From an uncultured Gemmatimonadota bacterium (GTDB lineage Bacteria > Blakebacterota > Blakebacteria > Blakebacterales > Blakebacteraceae), in contig CAZNUA010000019.1 in NCBI GenBank assembly GCA_964576115.1, positions 1-63,550 of the forward strand: DNA of 63,550 bases, read 5' to 3'. Made by a program: the position numbers and the translations under genes. The notes beneath the pieces are model-generated. The model ran no database searches. It was given only the letters and a program-made list of their open reading frames with translations, and had not been told where the DNA came from. Of this stretch, positions 9,127-18,560 are shown one piece after another. How positions within the stretch are numbered: the stretch's first letter is position 1; every line of letters begins with the position of its first letter.

Positions 9127-11913
9127 TCAGGGCAGACGCACGCTTTCTGCGGCTCCCAGGAATATGCCGTTGAAGAGCAATCCGAAGGCGCCGTGTGTCT
9201 GAGCCCGGTAGGTGATGTCCGACGCAAAAGCATAGAGTTTTCCCTGCCCCTGCGCGGCCTCGAAAAAAATCGTCCCGCCCTCGAGCCGTTCCTGTCCCCA
9301 GGCCCAACCGCTGCGCAGCGGGGCGTCACGGTCGAACCACCCGATCCGGCGCACCCCGCGTGCCGCCGCTCCGGCTCGCAGGCGGAAAACCGTATCCCGG
9401 CTGAAGAGGAAGTCGAGCCGGTCGGGCAGACCGTGCACCAGGGGGCTGCCCGGTTCGAGCCGGACCGAAAGGAGCGAACCGGGGATGAAGAACTCGTCCA
9501 TTCCCAGCCGCTCCCCGTCGACGGGATCGACCAGGTGGTTGCCGACCGGCAGGCCGGCATGTTCGGCCAGGACCGCGCTGGAACCCAGCGCTATCACCGT
9601 TCCGCCGGCCCGGATAAACTCGAGCAGGCGTGGCACGGTTTCGGTGACCGTGACCGAACCGGTCCGGTCGCGGTACTCCTCGGGCACCTCGGGTTGTCCC
9701 GACCCGGCACCGCTCCTCATACCGCTGTAGCCACCCCGTCCGCCGCGATCGGTGCCCGGAATGGCGCCGTCGGGGAAGACGAGAACATCGAAGTCAGCCG
9801 TCAGGTCGCCCCGGTCGAGTCGCTGGGGGAAGACCAGATCGAAGTCGAATTCGAAGCGCTCGAGCAGATAGCGGTCCCACCCCGAAGTCATCGAACCGCC
9901 GTAGCGGTCCCAGAGGCCGATGCGGGGCCGGCGCAGCTCGAAGGCCGGGCCGGCGGGAATCCGGTCAGCGCCGGTGAAACTCACTCCCGTCTCCTGCGCA
10001 CAGATTTCGACGATCTCTGCGACCCCGGCCCCGGCCGGAATCCAGTAGGTGCCCGCCGGCCAGTCGCGATCCGCAACCCTGACCGGAGCCCTCAGCCAGA
10101 AGACCTCGTGACCGGCTCCCAGCAGCCGGTTCAAGGCGATTGCGGAGGCGGTGACGCGGTGGTCGAGCAGAAAGCCGGCCGCTCCGTCAGCGGCCTTGAC
10201 CTGCCCCTCCGGAGGCGGAACCGGCCCCTCGAGCAGTTCGAAGGGACCGTCGAAAGCTTCGAGAATGCGGTCGAAGGTCACGCCCATCTGGAAAGCCAGG
10301 GTCCAGCCGGCACTGTCGTACGGGGGCACCGGCGGCCCGCCGGGGTAGGCGAAATCGTCGGGGTGATTCTGCGGCTCGAACATATCGAGCACATGCGGCC
10401 GGAAAGCCTGGGCGGTGAGGACGACATAGGACCCGGCCGGGTAGGTCCGGTCCGACACGGTAAAATCGGCCGTGGCCCGCTGTACTTCCACCCCGCCCTT
10501 CATGAGCACGTTGACAAAGGTGGTGGCCCGCGGAACATCGACCTGATCGGCGGGCAGAATGTACCCGCGGGGATCGCGGTCTTCGGGCCTCCGCAGGCCG
10601 GCCAGGTAGTCCTCCCGGTCGCCCCGTCCCCGCTCGAGCCGCTCGCGCTCGGCCTCGATTCGGTCGGGGATGACGGTCCAGGAATCGCGGCTCCCTTTTT
10701 CGATCTGGTTACTGCCCATCCGCCAGATGTTGTACAGCAGCTGGTCGCGATGGCGCGAGGCATAGTCGAGTACGGCGAAATCGGCCGTCATCGAATACTC
10801 GATCGACTGGCGCTGGTGCCAGGGACCGGGCTCGACCGGCAGGGGCAGGTCGGTGCTCGCGATCTGCCGCTCGGGCCGATAAGGAATCTCCATCGGCGTG
10901 GGATGGCCGATGATCTCGGTCAGCAGCCCGATCATGTTGTGGTAGTACGGGGTGGTACGCTGGCCGCCGTTCCACCAGATCGAGTACGACGCCCCGGAGC
11001 GCATCGTGCTCCCCCCCTTGCCCTCAGCCACGAAGCGGTGATGCATGGCCGTGCCGACCTGCTCGATACCGGTCAGGACGAGGGGATCGATGTTGTAGTT
11101 GGGAGGATCGCGGAAGGGAGGCGCGAAGAGAACCGTTCCCGACGGCCCGGTCTGATGCGGGTTGTAGACGATCTGGGGATACCACTCGCGGTAGAGCACC
11201 CGATTCATGTTCTCGGTTTCGATCAGGTTGGCCATGTAGGAGTCGCGGTTGTTGTCGTGCCCGACGTAATGGTGATAGAGCACCGGCAGGCCGCCCGTGC
11301 TGCGCTCCTCGGGGTTCTCGGCCCGCATGTACCAGTTCGAGACCAGGTCCATTCCATCGGGATTGGCGTGGGCGGCCAGCAGGATGACGTCATCCAGAAT
11401 GCGCCTGGTTTCGGCATCATCCCCGCTCACCATCCGGTAGACCAGCTCGACGAGCTGCTGGGCTCCGACCACCTCGGTGGCGTGCAGACCGCCGTCGATC
11501 CACACCACCGCCCGTCCCTCGGCAGCCAGTTCGCGGGCGGTGTTCTCGTCGATCCCGTGAGCCCGGGCCAGCCGCCCGGCGATCGAACGGTAGTGCTCGA
11601 GCCGCCGGTGGTTGTCGGCAGAGGTGATGATCGCCATCAGCTGATCGCGTCCCAGGGAGGTCTTTCCGATCGAGGTCAGCACCATCCGGTCCGATTCCCG
11701 GTCCAGCGTCCGCCAGTAATCGGCAAGCTGTTGATAGGTCAGCAGAACGTAGTCGGCTCCCACCTCGCAGCCGAACTGCTCTTCGGGAGTCGTGACGCGG
11801 GTACCGCCGCAGGCGGCAGTGAGCAGGAGCAGGACCGGGAGTGCGGCGAGGCCGGCAGAGAAGCGGAACCGGGCGGGAACGGGAAGGGGCCGGTGCATGA
11901 GGAAAACCTCCAC
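9127..11913 (-). CDS. M14-family zinc carboxypeptidase-like lipoprotein
   Basis: Lipobox-like 'LTAAC', HxxE zinc motif 'GGLHATE', 'NPDG', 'GHDNNRD'; exact start uncertain. Confidence 0.85.
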   Translation of the reverse strand: MEVFLMHRPLPVPARFRFSAGLAALPVLLLLTAACGGTRVTTPEEQFGCEVGADYVLLTYQQLADYWRTLDRESDRMVLTSIGKTSLGRDQLMAIITSADNHRRLEHYRSIAGRLARAHGIDENTARELAAEGRAVVWIDGGLHATEVVGAQQLVELVYRMVSGDDAETRRILDDVILLAAHANPDGMDLVSNWYMRAENPEERSTGGLPVLYHHYVGHDNNRDSYMANLIETENMNRVLYREWYPQIVYNPHQTGPSGTVLFAPPFRDPPNYNIDPLVLTGIEQVGTAMHHRFVAEGKGGSTMRSGASYSIWWNGGQRTTPYYHNMIGLLTEIIGHPTPMEIPYRPERQIASTDLPLPVEPGPWHQRQSIEYSMTADFAVLDYASRHRDQLLYNIWRMGSNQIEKGSRDSWTVIPDRIEAERERLERGRGDREDYLAGLRRPEDRDPRGYILPADQVDVPRATTFVNVLMKGGVEVQRATADFTVSDRTYPAGSYVVLTAQAFRPHVLDMFEPQNHPDDFAYPGGPPVPPYDSAGWTLAFQMGVTFDRILEAFDGPFELLEGPVPPPEGQVKAADGAAGFLLDHRVTASAIALNRLLGAGHEVFWLRAPVRVADRDWPAGTYWIPAGAGVAEIVEICAQETGVSFTGADRIPAGPAFELRRPRIGLWDRYGGSMTSGWDRYLLERFEFDFDLVFPQRLDRGDLTADFDVLVFPDGAIPGTDRGGRGGYSGMRSGAGSGQPEVPEEYRDRTGSVTVTETVPRLLEFIRAGGTVIALGSSAVLAEHAGLPVGNHLVDPVDGERLGMDEFFIPGSLLSVRLEPGSPLVHGLPDRLDFLFSRDTVFRLRAGAAARGVRRIGWFDRDAPLRSGWAWGQERLEGGTIFFEAAQGQGKLYAFASDITYRAQTHGAFGLLFNGIFLGAAESVRLP

Positions 11914-11940
11914 GGAAGCGGGGAGACCGCGGCCAGATGA

Positions 11941-12150
11941 CCTTTCTCTATCAGGAATACTCCCGGCGGGTTCGATACTTCAAGCCATGCGTCGGNNNNN
12001 NNNNNNNNNNNNNNNNNNNNNNNNNNNNNNNNNNNNNNNNNNNNNNNNNNNNNNNNNNNNNNNNNNNNNNNNNNNNNNNNNNNNNNNNNNNNNNNCCTTT
12101 CTCTATCAGGAATACTCCCGGCGGGTTCGATACTTCAAGCCATGCGTCGG
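11941..12150. other. Scaffold gap (100 N, 11996-12095) flanked by an identical 55-bp duplication
   Basis: 11941-11995 is identical to 12096-12150, as expected from an assembler k-mer overlap. Confidence 0.9.
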
Positions 12151-12163
12151 TGTCGGCACCTAC

Positions 12164-12192
12164 GAAAAAGCCGCCCTCGCGGGGCGGCTTCC
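12164..12192 (-). terminator. Intrinsic terminator after rpsU
   Basis: Minus strand reads GGAAGCCGCCCCGCGAGGGCGGCTTTTTC: GC-rich hairpin plus U-tract just after the rpsU stop. Confidence 0.8.
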
Positions 12193-12219
12193 GGGACGGT
12201 TCCCGATGACAGCGGGGGT

Positions 12220-12414
12220 TCAGTCCCGGCCGTTGGCGCGGCGGCGCTGCTTGCGCTTCTGGCTCAGCTTGCGCTGGTGCTTGCGCTCGGAGGGCTTGAG
12301 GTGGTAGCGCTTGCGCTTCAGGTCCGTCGTTATCCCCTCCTTCTTCACCTGTTTCTGGAAGCGTTTGAGGGTTTTTTCGAAGGACTCGTTGTCACGGACC
12401 TGAACGTACGCCAA
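12220..12414 (-). CDS. rpsU: 30S ribosomal protein S21
   Basis: 'AYVQVRDNESFEKTLKRFQKQVKKEGI...KPSERK'; TTG start at 12414 after an AGAGGAG RBS. Confidence 0.9.
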   Translation of the reverse strand: MAYVQVRDNESFEKTLKRFQKQVKKEGITTDLKRKRYHLKPSERKHQRKLSQKRKQRRRANGRD

Positions 12415-12566
12415 GGGACTCAACTCCTCTCCTGATGCGGATTTATCGCAAGAACCATCGTCTTATCAGCGTTGCTAGATAAGCTAATTCATTGCTTCCG
12501 TCAAAGGAATAATGGTCGACGATCCACGCTCACAGCCTCCCTGCGAACGTCGGGGACAGGCCGGGC

Positions 12567-14402
12567 TCACTCCCACTCGATCGTCGAGGGGGGTTTGTGG
12601 GTAATGTCGTAAAAGAGGGCCGAGACCCCGTCCAGGGCGGTTATGGCGGCCGTCATTTCTTCGACCACCTCCCAGGGCAGGTCGGCGAACCGGGCCGTCA
12701 TGGCCTCCTGGCTCATGACCGGCCGCAGAACCACGCTCTCGCCGCCCCCCGGCCCGATCAGGGGAAGCAGAACGGTGATCAGCTGCCAGGCGCTGCGCTC
12801 GAGGCCGGCTGTGCGCAGGATCTCCATGGCGATTGCGTCGACTTCGCGCAGGACGTCGAGCCGTTCCCGGGTCACGGTGGCCGCCACCAGATCGAGGTCG
12901 GCCGGGTCGGCGGCACTCAGGGTGTAGACGATCCGATTGACCTCCTCCACGGCGTTGGTGATGCGGGTCGATGTCTCCTCGAGCAGGCGCCACTCCCGCT
13001 CCCCCCCGCTCAGAGCAGCCGGATGGGCGTAGGTCCGGAAATCACCCTGCACCCCGACGCTGCGTAGCGGCAGAACCGCCGCGCGGTAGCCGTTTTCGGC
13101 CGCCAGAACCTCGGCCCGGGTCTGCGCTGAGGCGAGCCGCTCGGCCTCGTCGGCGGGCAGCGGGGCGCCGTCATGGCAGAGCAGGCGCACTCCCAGGCCG
13201 GGGCCGGGAAAAGGATGCCGCCAGACCAGGGCATCGGGCAGTCCCAGAGCCAGACCCGCCTCCCGGACCTCGTCTTTGTAGAGGTGAGCCAGAGGTTCGA
13301 CGACCTTGCCCTGAGCGAGCAGGACCTCGATCTCCTCGACCCGGTTGTGGTGGGTTTTGATCGTGGCGGCGTGACGGGTTCCTCCAGTTTCGATCGTATC
13401 GGGATAGATCGTCCCCTGAGCCAGGAGCCAGCCCCGGTCGAGATCGAATTCATCGAGGTGCTCGCCGGCCACTTCGACAAAGGTACGGCCGATGATCTGC
13501 CGTTTGATCTCCGGATCGGTCTCTCCGGCCAGGGCCGACAGGAACCGTTCGGAGGCATCGACGCATTCCAGATTGTGATAGCCCTGTTCGGCAAAGACCC
13601 GTTCCACCTCGGCTGACTCGTTCTTGCGCATCAGGCCGTTGTCGATATGGATGCCGTGCACCCTTTCCGCTCCCAGGGCGCTGTTGAGCAGGGCGAAGCA
13701 GACAGTGGAATCGACCCCGCCGGACACGAGCAGGAGAACCCGGTCATCCCCCACCCGCTCGATCAGCTCGGTCCGGATTCCATCGATGTAGTCGCCCACA
13801 TCCCATTCCCGGGCGACATCGCAGAGGTCGACGAAGCTTTCGAGCATCGCCATTCCGTTCGGCGTGTGGGTAACCTCGGGGTGGAACTGCAGTCCGTAGT
13901 AATGGCGCACGCGGTCGCCCATGGCGGCGACGGGGCAATCCTCGGTGCTGGCCAGGACCTCGAACCCGGGCGGCAGCTGGACGATCTGGTCGCCGTGACT
14001 CATCCAGACCTGTTCGCGTTCGGCGGCTCCGCGCAGAGGCCCCTCGCGGCGGCGTACCAGCAGGTCGGCCGTGCCGTACTCCTTGACCGAGCCGCGGGCA
14101 ACGGTGCCGCCCGTCTGCTGAGCCATCAGATGATGGCCGTAGCAGAGACCGAGAAGGGGAACCCCGAGTTCGAATATCTCGCTGTTGAAAGGCGGCCGCT
14201 CGTCATCGTAGACACTGCTCGGGCCGCCGGAGAAAATGAGGCCCCGCGCGAGCGCCAGTTCTTCGACCGGTGCATCGGGAGGCAGTATCTCGGAATACAC
14301 CCCCAGCCGCCTGATCCGGTTGGCAATGAGGTGGGCGTACTGGCCGCCGAAGTCGAGGACGGCGATGAATTCCCGCTCCGGGGCCGGGCCGGGTGGGGTC
14401 AC
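12567..14402 (-). CDS. guaA: GMP synthase (glutamine-hydrolysing), long form
   Basis: 'LDFGGQY', 'SGGPSSVY', 'LCYG', 'QFHPEVTHT', 'SGGVDS', 'QGTIYPD', 'IKTHHN', 'HPFPGPGL', 'KPPSTIEWE'. GTG start overlaps the nadB stop (GTGA). Confidence 0.95.
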   Translation of the reverse strand: MTPPGPAPEREFIAVLDFGGQYAHLIANRIRRLGVYSEILPPDAPVEELALARGLIFSGGPSSVYDDERPPFNSEIFELGVPLLGLCYGHHLMAQQTGGTVARGSVKEYGTADLLVRRREGPLRGAAEREQVWMSHGDQIVQLPPGFEVLASTEDCPVAAMGDRVRHYYGLQFHPEVTHTPNGMAMLESFVDLCDVAREWDVGDYIDGIRTELIERVGDDRVLLLVSGGVDSTVCFALLNSALGAERVHGIHIDNGLMRKNESAEVERVFAEQGYHNLECVDASERFLSALAGETDPEIKRQIIGRTFVEVAGEHLDEFDLDRGWLLAQGTIYPDTIETGGTRHAATIKTHHNRVEEIEVLLAQGKVVEPLAHLYKDEVREAGLALGLPDALVWRHPFPGPGLGVRLLCHDGAPLPADEAERLASAQTRAEVLAAENGYRAAVLPLRSVGVQGDFRTYAHPAALSGGEREWRLLEETSTRITNAVEEVNRIVYTLSAADPADLDLVAATVTRERLDVLREVDAIAMEILRTAGLERSAWQLITVLLPLIGPGGGESVVLRPVMSQEAMTARFADLPWEVVEEMTAAITALDGVSALFYDITHKPPSTIEWE

Positions 14403-16057
14403 GGGGTGATATCCTTCCACTGCAGGGTTGTCAGGGTGTCGCGCTCATCCAGCTCGGGGTCGGCCTCGGGATAGTCGGTGACGTTATGCAGGCCCCGGCT
14501 CTCGGGCCGCGACAGGGCCGAACGGGTGATCAGCAGGGCTACCTGGGCCAGGTTGCGCAGTTCGAGCAGCTCGCCGGTGACCCGCGTCCAGCGATAGTAG
14601 TTTTCGATCTCGCGGGCGATCAGTGTCAGCCGGCGCGCGGCGCGTTCGAGACGGCCGACCGAACGCACGATACCCACATAGTCCCACATGATATTGCGGA
14701 TTCCGTCCCGGTCGTGGCTCGTCATGACCCGTTCGCGCTGCTCGTGGGTGCCCTCGACGTCCCAGGGAGGCACGTCGGGCACGTCCAGATCGCCGGCGGC
14801 GAACACCTCGCGTCCCCGCCGAGCCGCCAGCTCGGCGAACACGAGCCCCTCGAGCAGGCTGTTGCTGGCCAGCCGGTTGGCGCCGTGTACGCCGGTGCAG
14901 GCCACTTCGCCGATGGCGAAGAGCCGGCCGAGATCGGTCTGGCCGGCCAGATCGGTCGGCAGTCCGCCGCACATGTAGTGGGCGGCCGGCACGACCGGGA
15001 TCGGTTCGGTGGCGGGATCGATCCCCAGCTCCCGGCAGGTCTTCACGATATTCGGGAAGCGCTCTTCGATCGCGGCCGGGGTGCGCCTGGAGAGATCGAG
15101 CAGAACATGGGAGTTCCCGCTCTCCTTCAGGCGACGGTCGATCGCCCGGGCGACGATATCACGGGGAGCCAGATCGCGCAGTTCGTGCTCGCTCTCCATG
15201 AAGGCCCGTCCCTCGTGATCGCGCAGGATGGCCCCGAAGCCCCGCACGGCTTCGCTGATGAGAAAAGCCGGATCGCCGGTGCCGTAGAGCGAGGTGGGAT
15301 GAAACTGCATGAACTCCAGGTTGGCCAGACGCGAACCGGCCCGGGCGGCCATGGCCAACCCGTCGCCGGTGGCGATATCGGGATTGGTGGTGTGCCGGTA
15401 GACCTGTCCGCAGCCGCCGGTAGCGAGGAAGGTGAGCCGGGCCGGATAGGGTTCGACCTCCCCCGAGGCGGTGTCGAGTACGTACGCGCCATAGACCGTC
15501 TGATGCTCTCCGACCCGCCGGAGGCCGAGAAAGTGCTCGGTGATCAAGTCGACCCCGATGTGATTTTCGAACATGAGCACGTTGGGATGAGAGGTCACGG
15601 CCTCGACCAGGGCCCGTTCCACTTCCTGACCGGTCAGATCGTGCACGTGCACGATTCGCGAGTGGGTGTGCCCCCCCTCGCGCCCCAGACGCAGGGGCGA
15701 ACCGCCGTCGGGGGCCTCGCCCGCCCCCTCGTCGACCAGGGGGGTCTCGGTCCGGTTGAAATCCACCCCCAGATCGAGCAGTTCGCCGATCAGGCGCGGG
15801 GCCTCCCGGACCATGACCCGGACCGCCTCGGGTCGGCAGAGACCGGCCCCGGCTTTGAGGGTGTCGGCGATATGGGACTCGAAATCGTCGAGCGGGCTCA
15901 GGACCGCCGCGATTCCTCCCTGGGCATAGTTGGTGGCCGAGGTCCGGTCCTCTTTCTTGGTGACCACGGCGACCCGGCCGGCGTCGGCGAGTTTGAGAGC
16001 GGTGGTGAGCCCGGCTATGCCGCTGCCCAGGACCAGGAAGTCGAAGGGTTCGGTCAT
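14399..16057 (-). CDS. nadB: L-aspartate oxidase
   Basis: 'GSGIAGL', 'TNYAQGGIA', 'REGGHTHSRIVH', 'FMQFHPT', 'AAHYMCGG', 'HGANRLASNSLLE', 'ESRGLH'. Confidence 0.95.
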   Translation of the reverse strand: MTEPFDFLVLGSGIAGLTTALKLADAGRVAVVTKKEDRTSATNYAQGGIAAVLSPLDDFESHIADTLKAGAGLCRPEAVRVMVREAPRLIGELLDLGVDFNRTETPLVDEGAGEAPDGGSPLRLGREGGHTHSRIVHVHDLTGQEVERALVEAVTSHPNVLMFENHIGVDLITEHFLGLRRVGEHQTVYGAYVLDTASGEVEPYPARLTFLATGGCGQVYRHTTNPDIATGDGLAMAARAGSRLANLEFMQFHPTSLYGTGDPAFLISEAVRGFGAILRDHEGRAFMESEHELRDLAPRDIVARAIDRRLKESGNSHVLLDLSRRTPAAIEERFPNIVKTCRELGIDPATEPIPVVPAAHYMCGGLPTDLAGQTDLGRLFAIGEVACTGVHGANRLASNSLLEGLVFAELAARRGREVFAAGDLDVPDVPPWDVEGTHEQRERVMTSHDRDGIRNIMWDYVGIVRSVGRLERAARRLTLIAREIENYYRWTRVTGELLELRNLAQVALLITRSALSRPESRGLHNVTDYPEADPELDERDTLTTLQWKDITP

Positions 16058-17175
16058 GTCAGGGCTCCCGCGATCAGGTCGATGGTGCGGGGCTCGAAGC
16101 CGGCTTCGGCCACCCAGAGTTCCTCGGCGATGCCCAGCCCCGCCGGCACCAGCTTGGTTTCGTCCTTGGCGGTGGTCACGATCACTTCCCCTCCAGCCAC
16201 GTGGCGGCGCTCCCTGATCAGATCGATATCGGTTCCGGAGTAGGCATGATGATCACCGAAGCGGAGATGATCAACCACCTGCGCGCCCCGTCCCGCGATC
16301 TCGTTTTCGAAGGCTCCGGGATTGGCGATTCCCGACACGAGCAGGACCGGACGATCCGCGAGCCAGGAGGTGGGTTCGATCGTTCCCCCGCCGCCCGGCC
16401 GCAGTCCCTCGATACGTATCACCCCGCTGACGACCTCGGCCCCTCGGCCCAGAGCGTGCAGCAGGCGGGCGAGCCGGGGGGGGATGGGCAGGACGGCTTC
16501 GCTTCCCCGGTGGACGAGAATGAAGAGATCGGCTTCGCGCAGGGCCGAAAGGGGTTCGCGCAAACGACCGGCCGGCAGAGTCCAGCCGTTCCCGAAGGGA
16601 TCGGCGGCATCGAGCAGAACGATATCGGCGTCGCGTTCCAGTCGCCGGTGCTGGTAGCCGTCGTCGAGCAGGACGATTTCGGAGCGGTAGCGATCGCGCG
16701 CCAGCCGCACTCCCAGAGTCCGGTCGCGACTGACGATCACCGGTACCGGCACGGCCCGGGCGATCATCACCGGTTCGTCGCCGGCCTGGGTCACCGTGAC
16801 CAGGGGACCCGAACCGTCGCTCACCAGCAGCGGCCCCGATCCCCGTCCCACCGCCCGGTAGCCGCGGGAGACGACCGCCACCCGGACATCGCGTTCGCGC
16901 AGGGCGCGGGCCAGCCCGATCACCAGTGGCGTCTTGCCGGTGCCCCCGACGGTGATGTTTCCGATCGAGACGACCGTGAGACCGGTGACGCGTCGCCGGC
17001 GCATCAAGCCGGTGCGGCCGATCTCGCGCCAGCCCCAGGTCAGACCGGCATAGAAGGCGGCGGCGGGGACGAGCAGACAGTACGCGACAGCTTCGAGCAG
17101 GGTCAGCCGGCGCGGCCGGTGACCCGACCAGATGACCCGCAGGCCGGCTTCGACACGGGAGCGCAGACCGGTCAC
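16054..17175 (-). CDS. lpxK: Tetraacyldisaccharide 4'-kinase
   Basis: 'SIGNITVGGTGKTP', 'SRGY', 'GDEP', 'LDDGYQH', 'LPAGRLREP', 'DHHAY', 'TTAKD'. Start GTG 17175 overlaps the waaA stop. Confidence 0.93.
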   Translation of the reverse strand: MTGLRSRVEAGLRVIWSGHRPRRLTLLEAVAYCLLVPAAAFYAGLTWGWREIGRTGLMRRRRVTGLTVVSIGNITVGGTGKTPLVIGLARALRERDVRVAVVSRGYRAVGRGSGPLLVSDGSGPLVTVTQAGDEPVMIARAVPVPVIVSRDRTLGVRLARDRYRSEIVLLDDGYQHRRLERDADIVLLDAADPFGNGWTLPAGRLREPLSALREADLFILVHRGSEAVLPIPPRLARLLHALGRGAEVVSGVIRIEGLRPGGGGTIEPTSWLADRPVLLVSGIANPGAFENEIAGRGAQVVDHLRFGDHHAYSGTDIDLIRERRHVAGGEVIVTTAKDETKLVPAGLGIAEELWVAEAGFEPRTIDLIAGALT

Positions 17176-18560
17176 GGTTCCTCTCCGGCCTCGGCGGCGA
17201 CAATACTGCCGCGATCGGGCCGGCCCCGGCGCTCGGAGGCGTGCTGCAGACCCAGCAGGCGCCGGTAGCGTTCCACGATATCCGAACGCGTACCCCGCCC
17301 GGCCGCCACCGCTTCCCGGGCCGCCTCGCCGATGTCCCGCCGCAGGGCGGGATCGGCCAGCAGATCGGCCAGTTGCGCGCCGAGTTCCCCGGCCGACGCG
17401 ACCCGACGGCCGCCGCCTGCGCCGAGCAGCAGCTCGTCGGCTCCGGCGGTTTCGCCGGTATACGGGCCGAAGAGAACCGGGACGGCATAGAGCGCGGGCT
17501 CGAGCAGGTTGTGCCCGCCGGTCGGGACCAGACTGCCCCCCACGAAAGCCGTATCGGAGGCGGCATAGATGCTCTCGAGTTCGCCGATGGTATCGAGCAG
17601 AAGCACCCGGGCCGGGCCGGGTCCGCTCCCCGACGGCAGTGTCGAGCGCCGGACCGCGTCGTACCCGGCACCGGCAATCAGACTCTCGACCTCGGCGGCC
17701 CGATGCGGGTAGCGGGGAGCGAGAACGAGGAGCAGATCGGGATGTTCGTTGAAGACCGGGCGGCAGGCTTCGAGAACGATCTCTTCTTCTCCCTGACGGG
17801 TGCTCCCGGCGGTGAAGATCGGCCGTTCGAGCGGCAGACCGAGGCGGGCGCGGCGGGCGGGGACCGGTTCGTCCTCGATCCTGGCCAGCGGTTCCGATTT
17901 CAGATCCCCGGTCACCGCCACCCGGTTCCGGTCGGCACCCAGCGCCACGAAGCGCTCGGCATCGGCGGCCGATTTCACGCAGACCAGATCGAGTCGGGCC
18001 AGAACCCGGCTCATAGCGGCCCGCAGCCACAGGTAACGCCGGAAGCCCCTGACCGAGAGACGGCCGTTGACGACCACCAGACGGGTGCCGTACGCAGCGG
18101 TCTGCAGGATCAGGTTGGGCCACAGTTCGGTCTCGGCGATCACCAGAACCTGCGGGTGCAGGCGCCGGATGGCCCGCCGGACGATGACAGGAGAATCGAG
18201 CGGCAGGTAGAGCAGAAAAACGCTTTCCCCCAGCAGCTGCCGGGCGCGTTCCCGGCCGGTGCTGGTAACGGTCGTCACCACCACCGGCAGGTCGGGGGTC
18301 AGGGCGGCGATGCGGGGCAGAATACGCGCCAGCACCCCAATCTCACCCACACTGGCGGCGTGCAGCCAGATCGTCCCGGCCCGGTCGGCCGCCTCGCGCA
18401 CGCGGCGGGGAATGAATCCGTACCGGCTCGGCGTCCCTCCCCCGCTCCGGGCGTCGACAACGAGCCAGAAGGGGAGCATCAGCACCGCAGCGAGGGTACC
18501 TGCCAGACCGTAGAGTGCGGTCAGCAGGACCTCCGGGATTTTCCTCAGGGCGGAACGCAT
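17172..18560 (-). CDS. waaA: Kdo transferase
   Basis: 'IWLHAASVGE', 'PLDSP', 'ETELWPNL', 'NGRLS', 'GGSLVPTGGHNLLEPA'. Confidence 0.95.
   Translation of the reverse strand: MRSALRKIPEVLLTALYGLAGTLAAVLMLPFWLVVDARSGGGTPSRYGFIPRRVREAADRAGTIWLHAASVGEIGVLARILPRIAALTPDLPVVVTTVTSTGRERARQLLGESVFLLYLPLDSPVIVRRAIRRLHPQVLVIAETELWPNLILQTAAYGTRLVVVNGRLSVRGFRRYLWLRAAMSRVLARLDLVCVKSAADAERFVALGADRNRVAVTGDLKSEPLARIEDEPVPARRARLGLPLERPIFTAGSTRQGEEEIVLEACRPVFNEHPDLLLVLAPRYPHRAAEVESLIAGAGYDAVRRSTLPSGSGPGPARVLLLDTIGELESIYAASDTAFVGGSLVPTGGHNLLEPALYAVPVLFGPYTGETAGADELLLGAGGGRRVASAGELGAQLADLLADPALRRDIGEAAREAVAAGRGTRSDIVERYRRLLGLQHASERRGRPDRGSIVAAEAGEEP

Noticed and set aside
11941-12150. 55-bp direct repeat flanking the N gap as a target-site duplication or att site; internal GGGTTCGA as a tRNA T-loop
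   Set aside because: An exact 55-nt duplication at both gap edges matches an assembler k-mer overlap, and no cloverleaf can be built.
16054-18123. Long N-terminal extensions in the ORF track (lpxK to 18123, mcsB to 40178, redoxin to 9560, rnfD to 3985, skp to 24796)
   Set aside because: They overlap upstream genes and are low-complexity; downstream starts with an RBS or stop/start overlap fit better.
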